Positions 19,376-29,783 of a stretch of 64,000 nt of DNA are shown here, piece after piece. Position numbers and translations under genes: made by a program. The notes under the pieces were generated by a model, which made no database searches, was not told where the DNA came from, and saw only the letters and a list, made by a program, of their open reading frames with translations. Location of the stretch: the NCBI GenBank assembly GCA_005222975.1, contig NJBI01000009.1, forward strand, positions 1 through 64,000, read 5' to 3'. This stretch comes from Promethearchaeota archaeon Loki_b31 (GTDB lineage: Archaea; Asgardarchaeota; Lokiarchaeia; Sigyniarchaeales; SOKP01). Position 1 is the stretch's first letter. Every line of letters begins with the position of its first letter.

Positions 19376-19537
19376 AGATTCGATTTAAATAATAAATATC
19401 AGGATTCTATTTCAATTTAATAAAAGAAATTATTTTTACATTATTTTTTCTATAATATCATAATAATAAATATGATAATATCATTAATCTAATTAAATAA
19501 TTAACTCTATAAATCCAGATTTGTAAAGTGGAATAAA

Positions 19538-20443
19538 ATGAGTAAGTTTCTAAAAGCCAATGAAATTATTAATAAAGGTTCAGAATCTCGTGATGATTTT
19601 CATTTTTTATCAAAAATGCAAATATTTAGCCAAACTACTAGCACAACTAGGTATGGAAACCCCTATCTTGTTATTTCAATGAGAGATATAACTGGAAATA
19701 TTTCAAATATAAAAAAATGGATTGATAACAATGATGATCTTGAAAAATATCAGGAAATTTTAAAAATTGGAAATGTTGTAGAAATAACCGGGGTATTTAA
19801 TAAGAAACATAAAAGTGTTACAATTATTAGTACGAAAGTAATAGATCCTGATGATTATGAACTTAAAGAATTTGTTGATTTACCTTTTATTGATGAAGAT
19901 CTATTAATCAAACAATTATTTGATACTATTTCAAAAATTCAAAATAAATATCTAAAAAATCTTATAGAAAATATTTTTAATGATGAGGAGATAAAAAGTA
20001 AGTTTTTTGAATGTCCATCTGCGATAAAACATCATCATTCTTATAGATGTGGTAATTTAGAGCATACAATAGGGATGATAAATGTGTTTAGGAATTTTGA
20101 GGATTTTTATAATAGAAACACCGAACTTAATGTTGATTTAATTTATGCCGGAATTATTTTACATGATATAGGTAAAATATATGAATATAAGATATATAAT
20201 GGAATTCCTATGAAGACAATTAATTCATTAATTGGACATCACAGTCTAGGTTTTCAATTAGTCTCAAGATTTATTAATGAAATAAGTGATTTCCCAAATG
20301 ACTTAAAAAACAGAATCTTACACATAATTTTAAGTCACCATGGGCGAAAGGAATGGGGTTCACCTGTAGAACCTCAGTTTTCCGAGGCAGAAATTGTACA
20401 TTACTTAGATATGATTGATTCTAGATTTAAATCACAATCATAA
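19538..20443 (+). CDS. YhaM/Cbf1-family OB+HD 3'-5' exonuclease
   Basis: N-terminal OB fold; HHHSY, LEHT, LHDIGKIYE, LIGH, LSHHG..EWGSP, YLDMIDSR. Confidence 0.85.
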   Translation: MSKFLKANEIINKGSESRDDFHFLSKMQIFSQTTSTTRYGNPYLVISMRDITGNISNIKKWIDNNDDLEKYQEILKIGNVVEITGVFNKKHKSVTIISTKVIDPDDYELKEFVDLPFIDEDLLIKQLFDTISKIQNKYLKNLIENIFNDEEIKSKFFECPSAIKHHHSYRCGNLEHTIGMINVFRNFEDFYNRNTELNVDLIYAGIILHDIGKIYEYKIYNGIPMKTINSLIGHHSLGFQLVSRFINEISDFPNDLKNRILHIILSHHGRKEWGSPVEPQFSEAEIVHYLDMIDSRFKSQS

Positions 20444-20512
20444 GCTTTCTCTAATTTTGTATCTTATCAAAATTTTTCTTTTTTAAACGCTTGATTTGAT
20501 ATCAAAGGTATA

Positions 20513-20800
20513 ATGGACTCTAAGACCGAAAAAGATCCGTTTGACCTCAACTTCAAAAAAAAAGTTAGGATGAAGGATTTTTTAGTCTTTAAAGAATCGA
20601 ACGACGACCAAGACAATTATAAAATCATAGAGTTCGAAAAAACAAAAGAGCAGAACCTTGAAGTTCTACAATTCATCCAAAGAATGATTAAAAGCAATCC
20701 GGACTTGAATTCGAGTCAAGTAAAAGATTATTTAAAGCGCCAGCGGTACTTTATTAAGCTATACTTGAAAGAAATTAATAAAGATCGTGTTGATGAATAA
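20513..20800 (+). CDS. Hypothetical protein
   Basis: 95-aa ORF, probably leaderless behind a TATA box. Confidence 0.6.
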   Translation: MDSKTEKDPFDLNFKKKVRMKDFLVFKESNDDQDNYKIIEFEKTKEQNLEVLQFIQRMIKSNPDLNSSQVKDYLKRQRYFIKLYLKEINKDRVDE

Positions 20801-20857
20801 TTTTTTTTTATATAAGATCGCGGTTTTTGGTAGTAAAACCTTAAAAAAACCAGTAAA

Positions 20858-21118
20858 ATGAGTTTAGAAGCAGATAAAAAAAATAAGCAAGAGCCAGTGA
20901 TTGTAGAAGTCCAAGAGTACGACAACATCAAAATTATCCTTTCGAAAATAATAGTTCCCTTTTCTGAGATCGCGAAAGAATTAAGTGCGCCCGATGTATA
21001 TTCTGGTTGCAAAAACATCCCTTTTGAAAATCGCGATCCGTTCTATAAAAGCGTAATAAGGAATGAATTTGCCGATGCGATGCGTTCTTTTAGAAAGGAA
21101 AACGAACTTAAAGTGTAA
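20858..21118 (+). CDS. Hypothetical protein
   Basis: 86-aa ORF downstream of TTTATATA. Confidence 0.55.
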   Translation: MSLEADKKNKQEPVIVEVQEYDNIKIILSKIIVPFSEIAKELSAPDVYSGCKNIPFENRDPFYKSVIRNEFADAMRSFRKENELKV

Positions 21119-21668
21119 AACTTAATCTTTTTTTATTTAGTTTATAGTAATAGTTCTCGTCTTTTGACACGGTTAGAAGCCCAGCTTTTTTTGATCCTCT
21201 AACAAGCTCCGTTAATTTGGAGGTCGGGATCCCGTAATTTTCTGCCATAATCTTGAGCATGTACATTGGAAACTTCCCGTAAAGGTTAGATAGCTTTAAC
21301 AACATTTCTTTAAATTTCACCTCATAACTTTTGTCCTCGTCGTTGTTTTTCTCTGATAAAGTTATTCTTTTACTTTTAGGCTCGGTAGCACGGTCTTTAA
21401 AATTATTCGTAGCGACTACAAAATCGCTTTCCGACCTGAACTCTGGTACGCTCAATTCGCTTTGTTTCTGTTTTACGGTGTCTACAGCAGCCGTCATCCC
21501 ATAAACGATCTCCCCTAAGCTTAAAATATCTTTTACTTGGTGGGTGCGACCGCAGCGCAAACATTTCTTAGTTTTTTGAACTATCTTAACGTAGGAATAT
21601 TGCCGACACTTTTTACAAGCAAACACCAAGTAAGGAGTCTCGTCATTTCGAAAAGTTAATTCTTCCAT
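21108..21668 (-). CDS. DUF1922-like Zn-ribbon protein with a C-terminal winged-helix-like domain
   Basis: YLVFACKKCRQYSY...TKKCLRCG; coupled to the hef stop. Confidence 0.65.
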   Translation of the reverse strand: MEELTFRNDETPYLVFACKKCRQYSYVKIVQKTKKCLRCGRTHQVKDILSLGEIVYGMTAAVDTVKQKQSELSVPEFRSESDFVVATNNFKDRATEPKSKRITLSEKNNDEDKSYEVKFKEMLLKLSNLYGKFPMYMLKIMAENYGIPTSKLTELVRGSKKAGLLTVSKDENYYYKLNKKRLSFTL

Positions 21669-21669
21669 T

Positions 21670-23850
21670 TTAAAGACTCATACCTTCTTTTTCTTTTTTC
21701 GCGTGTAAATATATGTTTTTTAAGATAAAATATAGTTCTTCGGAGTTATCAATCGGAATCGCTTGAAGATCGTTCTTCTGCCCCCAATTCATAACTTTTT
21801 GTTTAAGCAACCTTTCTTCTTCTCGAAATTCTTCATTAAAATCGACAAAATCGAAAATCGAAACTATTAAGTGGTATTTTTTGCTTAATAAAATAATTTT
21901 TTTTAAAAGCGCATCCTCTATGAATTGGTGAGGATCGATAACTTGGATTATTACTCGATCAAGCAAATTTAAGTGAATTATCGATTTAGCTATTTCAAAA
22001 GGGATTTGGTCGCGTTGGAGCTTCTTTCTTACGCCAAATTTAACTGGAAACGACTGACTTATCTTGATCTCGGTAGCAATATGTTTTTTTTCTTCGTTAA
22101 TTGTAGTTTTTTGAAAGTACCTTAGCAAATTAGCTTGTTTTTTGGTGCCTTTAATCTTTTTCATGTCTGCGAGGGGTACTTCTGCTATTAATCTCGCATC
22201 AATAATAGTTTCTACAGGAGATTGTGAATGATTATAAGACGTTTTTAATTGCTTCCCGCTTTTAAGGTTAAGGTTCATCTTTTTTAGCTTGTTCAGAGCG
22301 ATGTGCATGTAAATTTCGTCGTGTGTGTCCTTACAATAAAGGATAATTACTTTTCCTTCTCGATGTCGCGCAGTCCTTCCTTTTCTCTGGATAAACCTAA
22401 TTTCTGAGGCCACCACGTCGTAAAATATTACCAAATCGCACTCTGCTATGTCGAGACCTTCTTCACCTACGTTAGTGCTTACTAAAACGTTGTATTGGCC
22501 TTGTTTGAATTGCTCTAGTATTTCGAGTTGTTTTTTCTGAGACAGTCCTTTGTCGTCTTTTGATTTGGTTGATTGTCCAACGAATCGAGCGGGTTGGATT
22601 AAATTTTTTCCGTTTAATTTAAGTTTGTTTGTTATGTTTTTTACCGAGTCCCGAAGCTTTACAAATACTAAAACCCTCGAGGGTGGGTTATTTTCAAACT
22701 CTTGGACCAACAATTTTTCTAACACGTAAAATTTTGGGTGAATCAAACGTTCAGGATAGTAATCTTCGTTTTTTTTAAGCTCAATAAATATTTGGTTTAT
22801 TCTATGATCTGAGGCTAGTATTTTTACCGCTTTCGAGCTATTTTTTTTACGAGCGTTTTGCTTTATCTTAGTTAGATAGATTAACAACACATCCAAACCT
22901 TGTTGTTCGATTAGTTCGAGCATGTGAAAAAGAATTAGCCCTTGTGCATTCACCGAAATAGCGCTATAAACCCCTGTTTTATCGCCATCTCCTTGAACTA
23001 ACCTCACCAATTCGGCATTGAGCTTTAGCAAGTCCTTACGGATCACCTTAGTATATAACTTGTCAGCTTTAACGCTCAAGAAACCTAATTGCGAAAGATA
23101 CTGCAACCTCTCTTCTAAAAGGTTTTGAACGGCGATGTAGGCTTCCTCCATTAATTCGGTTAGATTAACGCCGATTTTATAAACATCCATCGGTTTCAAA
23201 TATGTTTTTACATCAACATCTTTTCTCGTGCGCGTGTGTATGTTTTCCAGAGGAACGTGTAGGTTTTTACATAGAACTCTGATTTTTTCTTTAGTCGCTC
23301 CAGGGCTAGCGGTCAACCCCAAAATAGTTCCGTCCGGGTTTTGATCTGTATATTCGTCCGCTATTAAAGTGTAAGCGTAATCGCCAGAAGCGTGATGAGC
23401 TTCGTCAAAAATTATTAAACACACTCTTTCTAAAGTGTATTTTCTATTAGCGAGGTCGTTTCTCAATGTCTGGGGCGTGTAAAAAATGATTTGATTTTCT
23501 CGAAAAAAATCTACTCTTTTTTCAGGAGGAATTTTACCAGTTAAAACAACGAATTGTTCTTCTGGGATCGTCATTAAGGTTCTAAAAGAATCGTAGTGTT
23601 GGTTAATTAACGGTCGCGTAGGGGCTAATACTATAACTTTAGTTTTAGTGGGAAACTTTTCTAAGATTTTTGCGGCAACATAGACTCCGATTATAGTTTT
23701 TCCGAGTCCGGTTGGAAGCACCACCAGCGAATTTTTAGACGCGCACGCTTGAGCTATCTTTAGTTGGTATTCCCTATGCTCGATCTGTTTTTCTCGCAAG
23801 TATTTATTTTTCGAATTTTTATTACTGTTTCTTTCTTCTATTTCAATCAC
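21670..23850 (-). CDS. hef: Hef/FANCM-like DEAH helicase with a degenerate ERCC4 domain
   Basis: REYQ, LPTGLGKT, DEAHHA, LTASPG, HPKF, RFVGQ, EEGLDI, IQRKGRTAR. Confidence 0.85.
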   Translation of the reverse strand: MIEIEERNSNKNSKNKYLREKQIEHREYQLKIAQACASKNSLVVLPTGLGKTIIGVYVAAKILEKFPTKTKVIVLAPTRPLINQHYDSFRTLMTIPEEQFVVLTGKIPPEKRVDFFRENQIIFYTPQTLRNDLANRKYTLERVCLIIFDEAHHASGDYAYTLIADEYTDQNPDGTILGLTASPGATKEKIRVLCKNLHVPLENIHTRTRKDVDVKTYLKPMDVYKIGVNLTELMEEAYIAVQNLLEERLQYLSQLGFLSVKADKLYTKVIRKDLLKLNAELVRLVQGDGDKTGVYSAISVNAQGLILFHMLELIEQQGLDVLLIYLTKIKQNARKKNSSKAVKILASDHRINQIFIELKKNEDYYPERLIHPKFYVLEKLLVQEFENNPPSRVLVFVKLRDSVKNITNKLKLNGKNLIQPARFVGQSTKSKDDKGLSQKKQLEILEQFKQGQYNVLVSTNVGEEGLDIAECDLVIFYDVVASEIRFIQRKGRTARHREGKVIILYCKDTHDEIYMHIALNKLKKMNLNLKSGKQLKTSYNHSQSPVETIIDARLIAEVPLADMKKIKGTKKQANLLRYFQKTTINEEKKHIATEIKISQSFPVKFGVRKKLQRDQIPFEIAKSIIHLNLLDRVIIQVIDPHQFIEDALLKKIILLSKKYHLIVSIFDFVDFNEEFREEERLLKQKVMNWGQKNDLQAIPIDNSEELYFILKNIYLHAKKEKEGMSL

Positions 23851-23866
23851 TATCCTCGAACTCCCT

Positions 23867-24442
23867 CTAAACGATTTTTACGAAGTATTCTCCTATTTGT
23901 AGTTTGGAAACCAATTTTTTGGTTCTCTCGTAAGACAAGATTAAGTTACCCGCGTCTACCGCTAATTCTGAAGGGTACACGAGACCGTTACTTTTACTCT
24001 CGAAAAAGTACGGGTGAGCCTTCTTTAGCTCTTTTACCTTTCTCGCAAGCTCGGTACCGTTTCTTTTCACATCGAACCCTTTTCCGATTTTTACGCGTTG
24101 AAAAAAGTAGACGATGTCGCTTAACAATTTAACTTGGTCTCGATCAATTTCTATTTCTTTTAGCTCGAGAACGCTCCCGTCTTTAACTTCAGATTTTGGC
24201 TTTAAAATTAAGTAAGTTTTGTCGTTTTTCCATTTTTTACAGAGAACATAGCCTTCGAAAACACAATTAAATAACTTTTGGAAGCGAAAAATTACCTCTA
24301 AAACCGCGTCTAATTCGCTCGCAGATAGTTTGAGGTACTCAGCTAACTTGTCGAGACTAAATAGATTATTTTTTCGGACTTGGAACATCTCCAACGCTGA
24401 TAGGATCTGATTTAACTGCTTAATTTTTACGCTCTGAGCCAT
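23867..24442 (-). CDS. Hypothetical protein, possible winged-helix DNA-binding
   Basis: FSLDKLAEYLKLSASEL HTH-like segment; first gene of the hef operon. Confidence 0.55.
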   Translation of the reverse strand: MAQSVKIKQLNQILSALEMFQVRKNNLFSLDKLAEYLKLSASELDAVLEVIFRFQKLFNCVFEGYVLCKKWKNDKTYLILKPKSEVKDGSVLELKEIEIDRDQVKLLSDIVYFFQRVKIGKGFDVKRNGTELARKVKELKKAHPYFFESKSNGLVYPSELAVDAGNLILSYERTKKLVSKLQIGEYFVKIV

Positions 24443-24537
24443 TACTACCTAAATTTATCGAGAGAATAAAAAGGAAAAATCTTAGACATATTAAGAAAAA
24501 AAAGAAAAACAAAATTTATTTAATATATAGTCAGATG

Positions 24538-27483
24538 TTATTGTGGAGCGGAGCGACTCAACCTAGATTTGAATTTTAATTTATTTTTCTTTTTAGCGAA
24601 TTCTTTGTTAAAGTGCCCTTTTTTTAAGGTGCTGAAAATTACTCCTGAGCCTACAACCCCAATAATTATGGCCAAAGGAGGCGTTAAGTTTGCGTCGCTT
24701 TCGTAACTTGGAATAAGATCCTCTAAATCCGTATAAGTGTAAGTAATGGCGATCACAAATTGCGAACTCGAATGGAAGGGATCTTCCATGAATATTTCAA
24801 AACGATAATTTCCGAAGTAAGAAGGTCGATAGACGAAAGTAAATGTGGTGCTTTTCAAATCGTTTTTCGAAGCAAAAAATATAGTGTCAATTAAAATACC
24901 GTTCCTATACACTTCAGCGCGCATAAGTCCATCGTACACGGGCTGTTCTCCGGAAGCGAATCGTAAGGACGCGATAACAGTGATTTCGATTTTAGATTCA
25001 GTTTTTGAGACTAAAGTGTTGTAAATCGAATCGAAAGTGGTTTGAAACGAAATCGGAAATTGTGCGACCTTAAGGCTACCGTCGTACACGCACAATTCTC
25101 CTTCGATTAGAGGGTAATTCTGAGGGTCAATAGGAACATTTATTTCTTTCTGGTGAGTATGGTTATCCATTTTATCTAATAGAATGGTTCCGAGTTGCTC
25201 GCTTTCTAGTTTAACCGTCATGTATAGTCCGAAATCAGACAAAATTATATTGCACAACTCGACAGAAATTAAGTTGTTTCCTCCTAATTGGATGGAGTTA
25301 GAGTACTGGGCGTTAATTCTTATGGGATCGTTTTTAGCCATTTCGCAGATCCACGCGAAAGCTTCTTGCTCCAACGCGTTCCTTTCCGTAGACTCAAAAA
25401 ACTCGTGGTGAGAGCCAGAATAAATCGATTGTATTAGCGAGTGCGATTGTTCCACATCGAAAACTGCCGATAAGTTTAAAATCTCGGATATTTTGTAGCT
25501 GAAATAGAGATTTTTGACGTTTGAGTAATTAAGGTGGTTAAAAACGAAGTTCTCTATTTTGGTACTATCCAAATTGTACTCGTCAATTGCCTTCAAGATA
25601 TAAATCGCGTAGTAAGTGTTTTCTAAAGCGATCTCGATCGAGTTAGAGTATTTTACATCAAAATAAAGTTCTGTCGGAGATCCTATTATATTTCTAATGA
25701 TATAAGTCGCTAAAGCTGATTCATCGAAGCCTAAGTTTGTGATAGGTCCCAACCCTAAATAATCGGCAATAAGTTCCATAACTTTTACCGCGTAAAAAGA
25801 GTACTGCAAGTAAATAAATCGACTCTTCCATTCTGAAGAGGAGAATATGTTATCGAACTGAAAAGCTCCAAAACTTTCTTGGTATTCTGGGTCCATAAAT
25901 TGCGAATCGATTACATCCTGCAACTCGGAATTAAGGTCGTGAGATGAAGCAAAATCGTTCAATTTAAATATTTTCTGAAGAGAATTAAGGATGAGATATG
26001 TTTCTTTGTGTGAGTACAACGCGTTTATTTTGTCGATGTGTTTATGAAAACCTAAAGTATAATAGTCGAGTTGTTTGGAACGGAAACGCGTAACAATTGG
26101 GTCCAGCTTAGTACATGCGAAAAAATCGTATTGTCCGCCCATATACAGCGCGCTACCTTCTAAAAGGTTGTATAATCCTTGTATGTCTAAGTCCACGATT
26201 CGGTCGAAATAATCGTACGAAGAAATAATCGAGTGGATAAGCTCTATTGAAGTGTAATCTTCCGAGAGCAATGAATACCCGTTAAATTGAGGGAAGAGCC
26301 GAATATAAGAGGCAATTTCGTTTTTTGTGCTCAGAGTCAATTCTGAGATCGCTCCTGTGCTTGCGAGAGACCTTACGATTTGAAAAGTGTCTATTAATTC
26401 GTGGTATTTGATCGTAGTCGAAGCGTCCCAACCGCCCAAAGCGTTTCTATTATTAATTATGAAGCTAATTACTTCGTTTCTGTTAATACCTGTAAAGCCC
26501 GTAATGCCTGACAATTCTAAATTTATGGCAGTTGCGACGATGTTAGTGTAATTAGTGAACAAAATGACCGAAGATATATCGAAGAAAAAGTCTTCGGGGT
26601 GATAAAGGTCGTTCAGATCTTGGTGAAACCTAGCCGTGTCAATAACATCGACATAGCTACTCCCAAAAGTTTCTAAGGTTTTTATGGCGTAAAAAGACGC
26701 GAATTGATTCGGTCCTAACTCTAACAAAGAATCAAATAATGGCTCGTTATCATTATAGAAGCCTGCGTGAGAGCCAACCGATTGCAACCCGTCTATATAG
26801 CTTACGATGTCGCTCCTTTCTTGAGAGTAGCTGCTCCAATCAGATATAAGAAGATCGAGTGTTATCACCGCATAATATGTATTATCTGCAGTAGGAATTT
26901 TAAGACCTTCGTCTAGCGAAGCGTCGTATGGCTGACCTATAAATCCATGTAGGTTAGGATTGTAACACTCCCAAATAAAATCGATGGTTTCAGCAGTATC
27001 GATAAAACTTAAAGCATTTAGAATGTCTAAAGATAGCACAGCGTAGCAATTAACCTCCAACAAAGTAGTTAGCGGCATATACAACCCCGGTATTATAGAA
27101 GACAAGTATCTTTTCGCGCTTGAATCTACGAACTGGTGAGAGCTTGAGTTGTAAAACGACATTACATAATTAGAAACTTCTCCTTGGTCGATTTCGCTTA
27201 GTTTTCCGATGGAGTCTAAAACTGAAAGCGCGTAATAAGTGGCTTGAAGCGAATCGGAGTAAAACTGAGGGTAATAACCGTAGGTAGAATAATCATCGTT
27301 TTTGGAGTCGAATATAGATTCGATAATTTCGAGGTTTGTCGCATTGGAAGATTTCAAAGTATCGAACTTGACGTCGGTTACGATATCAGGAGCGGCTATA
27401 GACTTGTTGCCAATAATCAAAAAACAAGCTAAAAATACGATTGATACAATTCCAATTATAACTATAGTTTTTTTCGATCGCAT
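24538..27483 (-). CDS. Large surface protein with alpha/alpha-toroid (prenyltransferase-like) repeats, beta-sandwich domains and a C-terminal TM
   Basis: N-terminal signal/TM; repeated TYYA/SFYA helices; C-terminal TM plus basic tail. Confidence 0.7.
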   Translation of the reverse strand: MRSKKTIVIIGIVSIVFLACFLIIGNKSIAAPDIVTDVKFDTLKSSNATNLEIIESIFDSKNDDYSTYGYYPQFYSDSLQATYYALSVLDSIGKLSEIDQGEVSNYVMSFYNSSSHQFVDSSAKRYLSSIIPGLYMPLTTLLEVNCYAVLSLDILNALSFIDTAETIDFIWECYNPNLHGFIGQPYDASLDEGLKIPTADNTYYAVITLDLLISDWSSYSQERSDIVSYIDGLQSVGSHAGFYNDNEPLFDSLLELGPNQFASFYAIKTLETFGSSYVDVIDTARFHQDLNDLYHPEDFFFDISSVILFTNYTNIVATAINLELSGITGFTGINRNEVISFIINNRNALGGWDASTTIKYHELIDTFQIVRSLASTGAISELTLSTKNEIASYIRLFPQFNGYSLLSEDYTSIELIHSIISSYDYFDRIVDLDIQGLYNLLEGSALYMGGQYDFFACTKLDPIVTRFRSKQLDYYTLGFHKHIDKINALYSHKETYLILNSLQKIFKLNDFASSHDLNSELQDVIDSQFMDPEYQESFGAFQFDNIFSSSEWKSRFIYLQYSFYAVKVMELIADYLGLGPITNLGFDESALATYIIRNIIGSPTELYFDVKYSNSIEIALENTYYAIYILKAIDEYNLDSTKIENFVFNHLNYSNVKNLYFSYKISEILNLSAVFDVEQSHSLIQSIYSGSHHEFFESTERNALEQEAFAWICEMAKNDPIRINAQYSNSIQLGGNNLISVELCNIILSDFGLYMTVKLESEQLGTILLDKMDNHTHQKEINVPIDPQNYPLIEGELCVYDGSLKVAQFPISFQTTFDSIYNTLVSKTESKIEITVIASLRFASGEQPVYDGLMRAEVYRNGILIDTIFFASKNDLKSTTFTFVYRPSYFGNYRFEIFMEDPFHSSSQFVIAITYTYTDLEDLIPSYESDANLTPPLAIIIGVVGSGVIFSTLKKGHFNKEFAKKKNKLKFKSRLSRSAPQ

Positions 27484-27731
27484 AATATTTCACGTGAATA
27501 TGTTTTTAAAAAAGCTTTTAGACTAGATTAGTCGTAAGTTTATAAAAGAAAAAAAGAAGTTTCCGACAGATTTATGAATGCCAAATTAACTTGTTTTAAT
27601 TTAACTTCTATGGGTAATTTCATTATGGTAAAAATTAAAATAAATCTCGAAAACTAACTTTTCTTACCAGAGCGCTTCTCTCTTAAAAAAAGATATAACT
27701 TAATCCAACAAAAAATGTCAGTAAAGAATAT

Positions 27732-28124
27732 ATGTTTAATTGTCTTTATATTTTTCTTGAAAATACTATGAAAAAAAAAATTCAAAATATTATTTTTCTT
27801 ATTATTGGTTTCATTTTTATGTCAATTGCAATCTTCCCAATAGTTTATTTTCATGTAATTTTTTTCGATAAAACTAATAGTTTTGCTTATTACCTATTTA
27901 AGGGGGAACCATATTACAATTTAATCTTATTTACATTTATATTCTTTCTTTTAAGCTTCTTTTTTATAGTTCCTGGAATAAGTTTGTTCCAACATGAAAA
28001 AGAAGAGAAACCATTCTCATTTAAACGAAGCTTTTATATTCTTGTATTTGTATCGTTAATTGAATTTTTTATAATGAATCTTCTTTTCCCAGGAGTAATC
28101 ATAACTATGCCCCCTCCAAATTAA
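27732..28124 (+). CDS. Small membrane protein (3 TM)
   Basis: Hydrophobic ORF; start probably at the second ATG. Confidence 0.6.
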   Translation: MFNCLYIFLENTMKKKIQNIIFLIIGFIFMSIAIFPIVYFHVIFFDKTNSFAYYLFKGEPYYNLILFTFIFFLLSFFFIVPGISLFQHEKEEKPFSFKRSFYILVFVSLIEFFIMNLLFPGVIITMPPPN

Positions 28125-28179
28125 TTTTATAATTTATAAAGTCATCTTTAAAATACTACTGATATCGGTAATTTCATTT

Positions 28180-28199
28180 AAAGGGTTATACAACCCTTT
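28180..28199. promoter_or_regulatory. Inverted repeat AAAGGGTT-ATAC-AACCCTTT (operator or terminator)
   Basis: Perfect 8-bp arms in the intergenic region. Confidence 0.4.
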
Positions 28200-28286
28200 T
28201 GAAATCATTTCAATCGCTAAACTTGATTGACATAATTATTAATTATTTACAAATTATTAATTACTTACAAATCATATCTTACAATT

Positions 28287-29744
28287 ATGGTGAAAATGAA
28301 ATCGAAATCAAAATTAAAAATATTAATTTTAATCGCTTTAGGAATCTTTTTCGCTTTATCACCAATGATTACCGTCAATTTTAGTTTTATTACAGGTAAT
28401 AGCAACAAATATTTGGAATATAGCGATGATATTAATTTAGATAATAAAAATCTAAAAATCTCAGCAGTTTCGGAAAGAATTCATATAATCAATAATTCCG
28501 GATGGGTTGCTTTTAAAAACGCTGGAAATTGTACGGGAGAAGGCACTTATTCCGACCCTTATGTCATAGAAGATTTGGTAATAGATGGCGGAGGTTCGGA
28601 AAATTGCATCTGGATTGAAAACTCTAGCGTTTATTTTAGGATTGAAAATTGTTCCATTTCTTATTCCATGATAGGAATACAATTATCAAATGTAAACAAT
28701 TCTCTGATAATCACGAATAATTGTTCGCCGAATAATTGTGCGATATATTTATTGGAATGTAATAATAACACCCTTTCGGGGAACACCGCAAATAACAACT
28801 TTCATGGGATATATTTATTCGATAGTAATAATAACACCATTTCGGGGAACACCGCAAATGATAATACTATGAATGGGATATCTGTAAACTATTTTACGGG
28901 GATACCTGTAAGCGGGAATAATATCATTATTTCGGGAAACACCGCAAATAACAACGAAAATGGTATATTCTTATATAATAGTAACTATAGCACCATCTCG
29001 GGAAACACCGCTAACGATAATACTTATAGTGGAATATTTTTAAGCGGGAATAATAACATTATTTCAGAAAACAACGCAATTAATAATAGCGGTGGGATAT
29101 TAAATAGCGTTGGGATAGTAGTGGGGATGATAAGTAATTATAACAATACTATTTCGGGAAACACCGCAAGCAACAACGACTATGGGATATTTTTACGCGG
29201 TAATAACAACACTATTTCGGGAAACACCGCTAACGATAATACTGATTATGGAATATGTATAAGTGAGTCTAGTAATAACACAATTTTGAGAAACACAGCA
29301 AATAACAACAACTATGGTATATGCTTAGAAGAAGCTAGTGATAATAACAACATTACGGAAAATATCGTAAATTACAATTATTTGATAGGCATTTATTTAG
29401 ACTCCAGTAATGGGAATATTATATATTTTAATTGCTTTAATAATTACCTCAATGCTATTGATGATGGTTCGAATAATCATTGGGATAATGGAATTAAGGG
29501 GAATTATTGGAGTGATTATACAGGTTCAGACGCAGATGGCGACGGAATTGGTGATGTGCCATATAAAATTACTGGTTCTGCAGGAAGTCAAGACAACTTT
29601 CCATTAATGAAATGTCCATTTTCAGCTCAAGATGATGGAGGAATTCCAATCGAACTGGTTATTTTTATTTCGGTTATTAGTGGAGCAGCATTGGTAAGCG
29701 TTGTATCCATATTGTTAATTAGACATAAAAGGAAGAGAATATAA
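28287..29744 (+). CDS. NosD/CASH right-handed beta-helix surface protein
   Basis: Repeated NNTISGNTANNN.GI.L; GNYWSDY, DGDGIGDVPY, DNFPL; C-terminal GGIP-TM-basic tail. Confidence 0.85.
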   Translation: MVKMKSKSKLKILILIALGIFFALSPMITVNFSFITGNSNKYLEYSDDINLDNKNLKISAVSERIHIINNSGWVAFKNAGNCTGEGTYSDPYVIEDLVIDGGGSENCIWIENSSVYFRIENCSISYSMIGIQLSNVNNSLIITNNCSPNNCAIYLLECNNNTLSGNTANNNFHGIYLFDSNNNTISGNTANDNTMNGISVNYFTGIPVSGNNIIISGNTANNNENGIFLYNSNYSTISGNTANDNTYSGIFLSGNNNIISENNAINNSGGILNSVGIVVGMISNYNNTISGNTASNNDYGIFLRGNNNTISGNTANDNTDYGICISESSNNTILRNTANNNNYGICLEEASDNNNITENIVNYNYLIGIYLDSSNGNIIYFNCFNNYLNAIDDGSNNHWDNGIKGNYWSDYTGSDADGDGIGDVPYKITGSAGSQDNFPLMKCPFSAQDDGGIPIELVIFISVISGAALVSVVSILLIRHKRKRI

Positions 29745-29783
29745 TTATTAAAAAACAAGAGAAAAAAAAGTAGGAAAGTAGCG

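Noticed and set aside
28234-28272. 18-bp tandem repeat AATTATTAATTAYTTACA
   Set aside because: Two low-complexity copies, likely slippage
28760-29320. CRISPR-like recurring TTCGGGAAACACCGC
   Set aside because: In-frame beta-helix coding repeats (ISGNTA), not a repeat-spacer array
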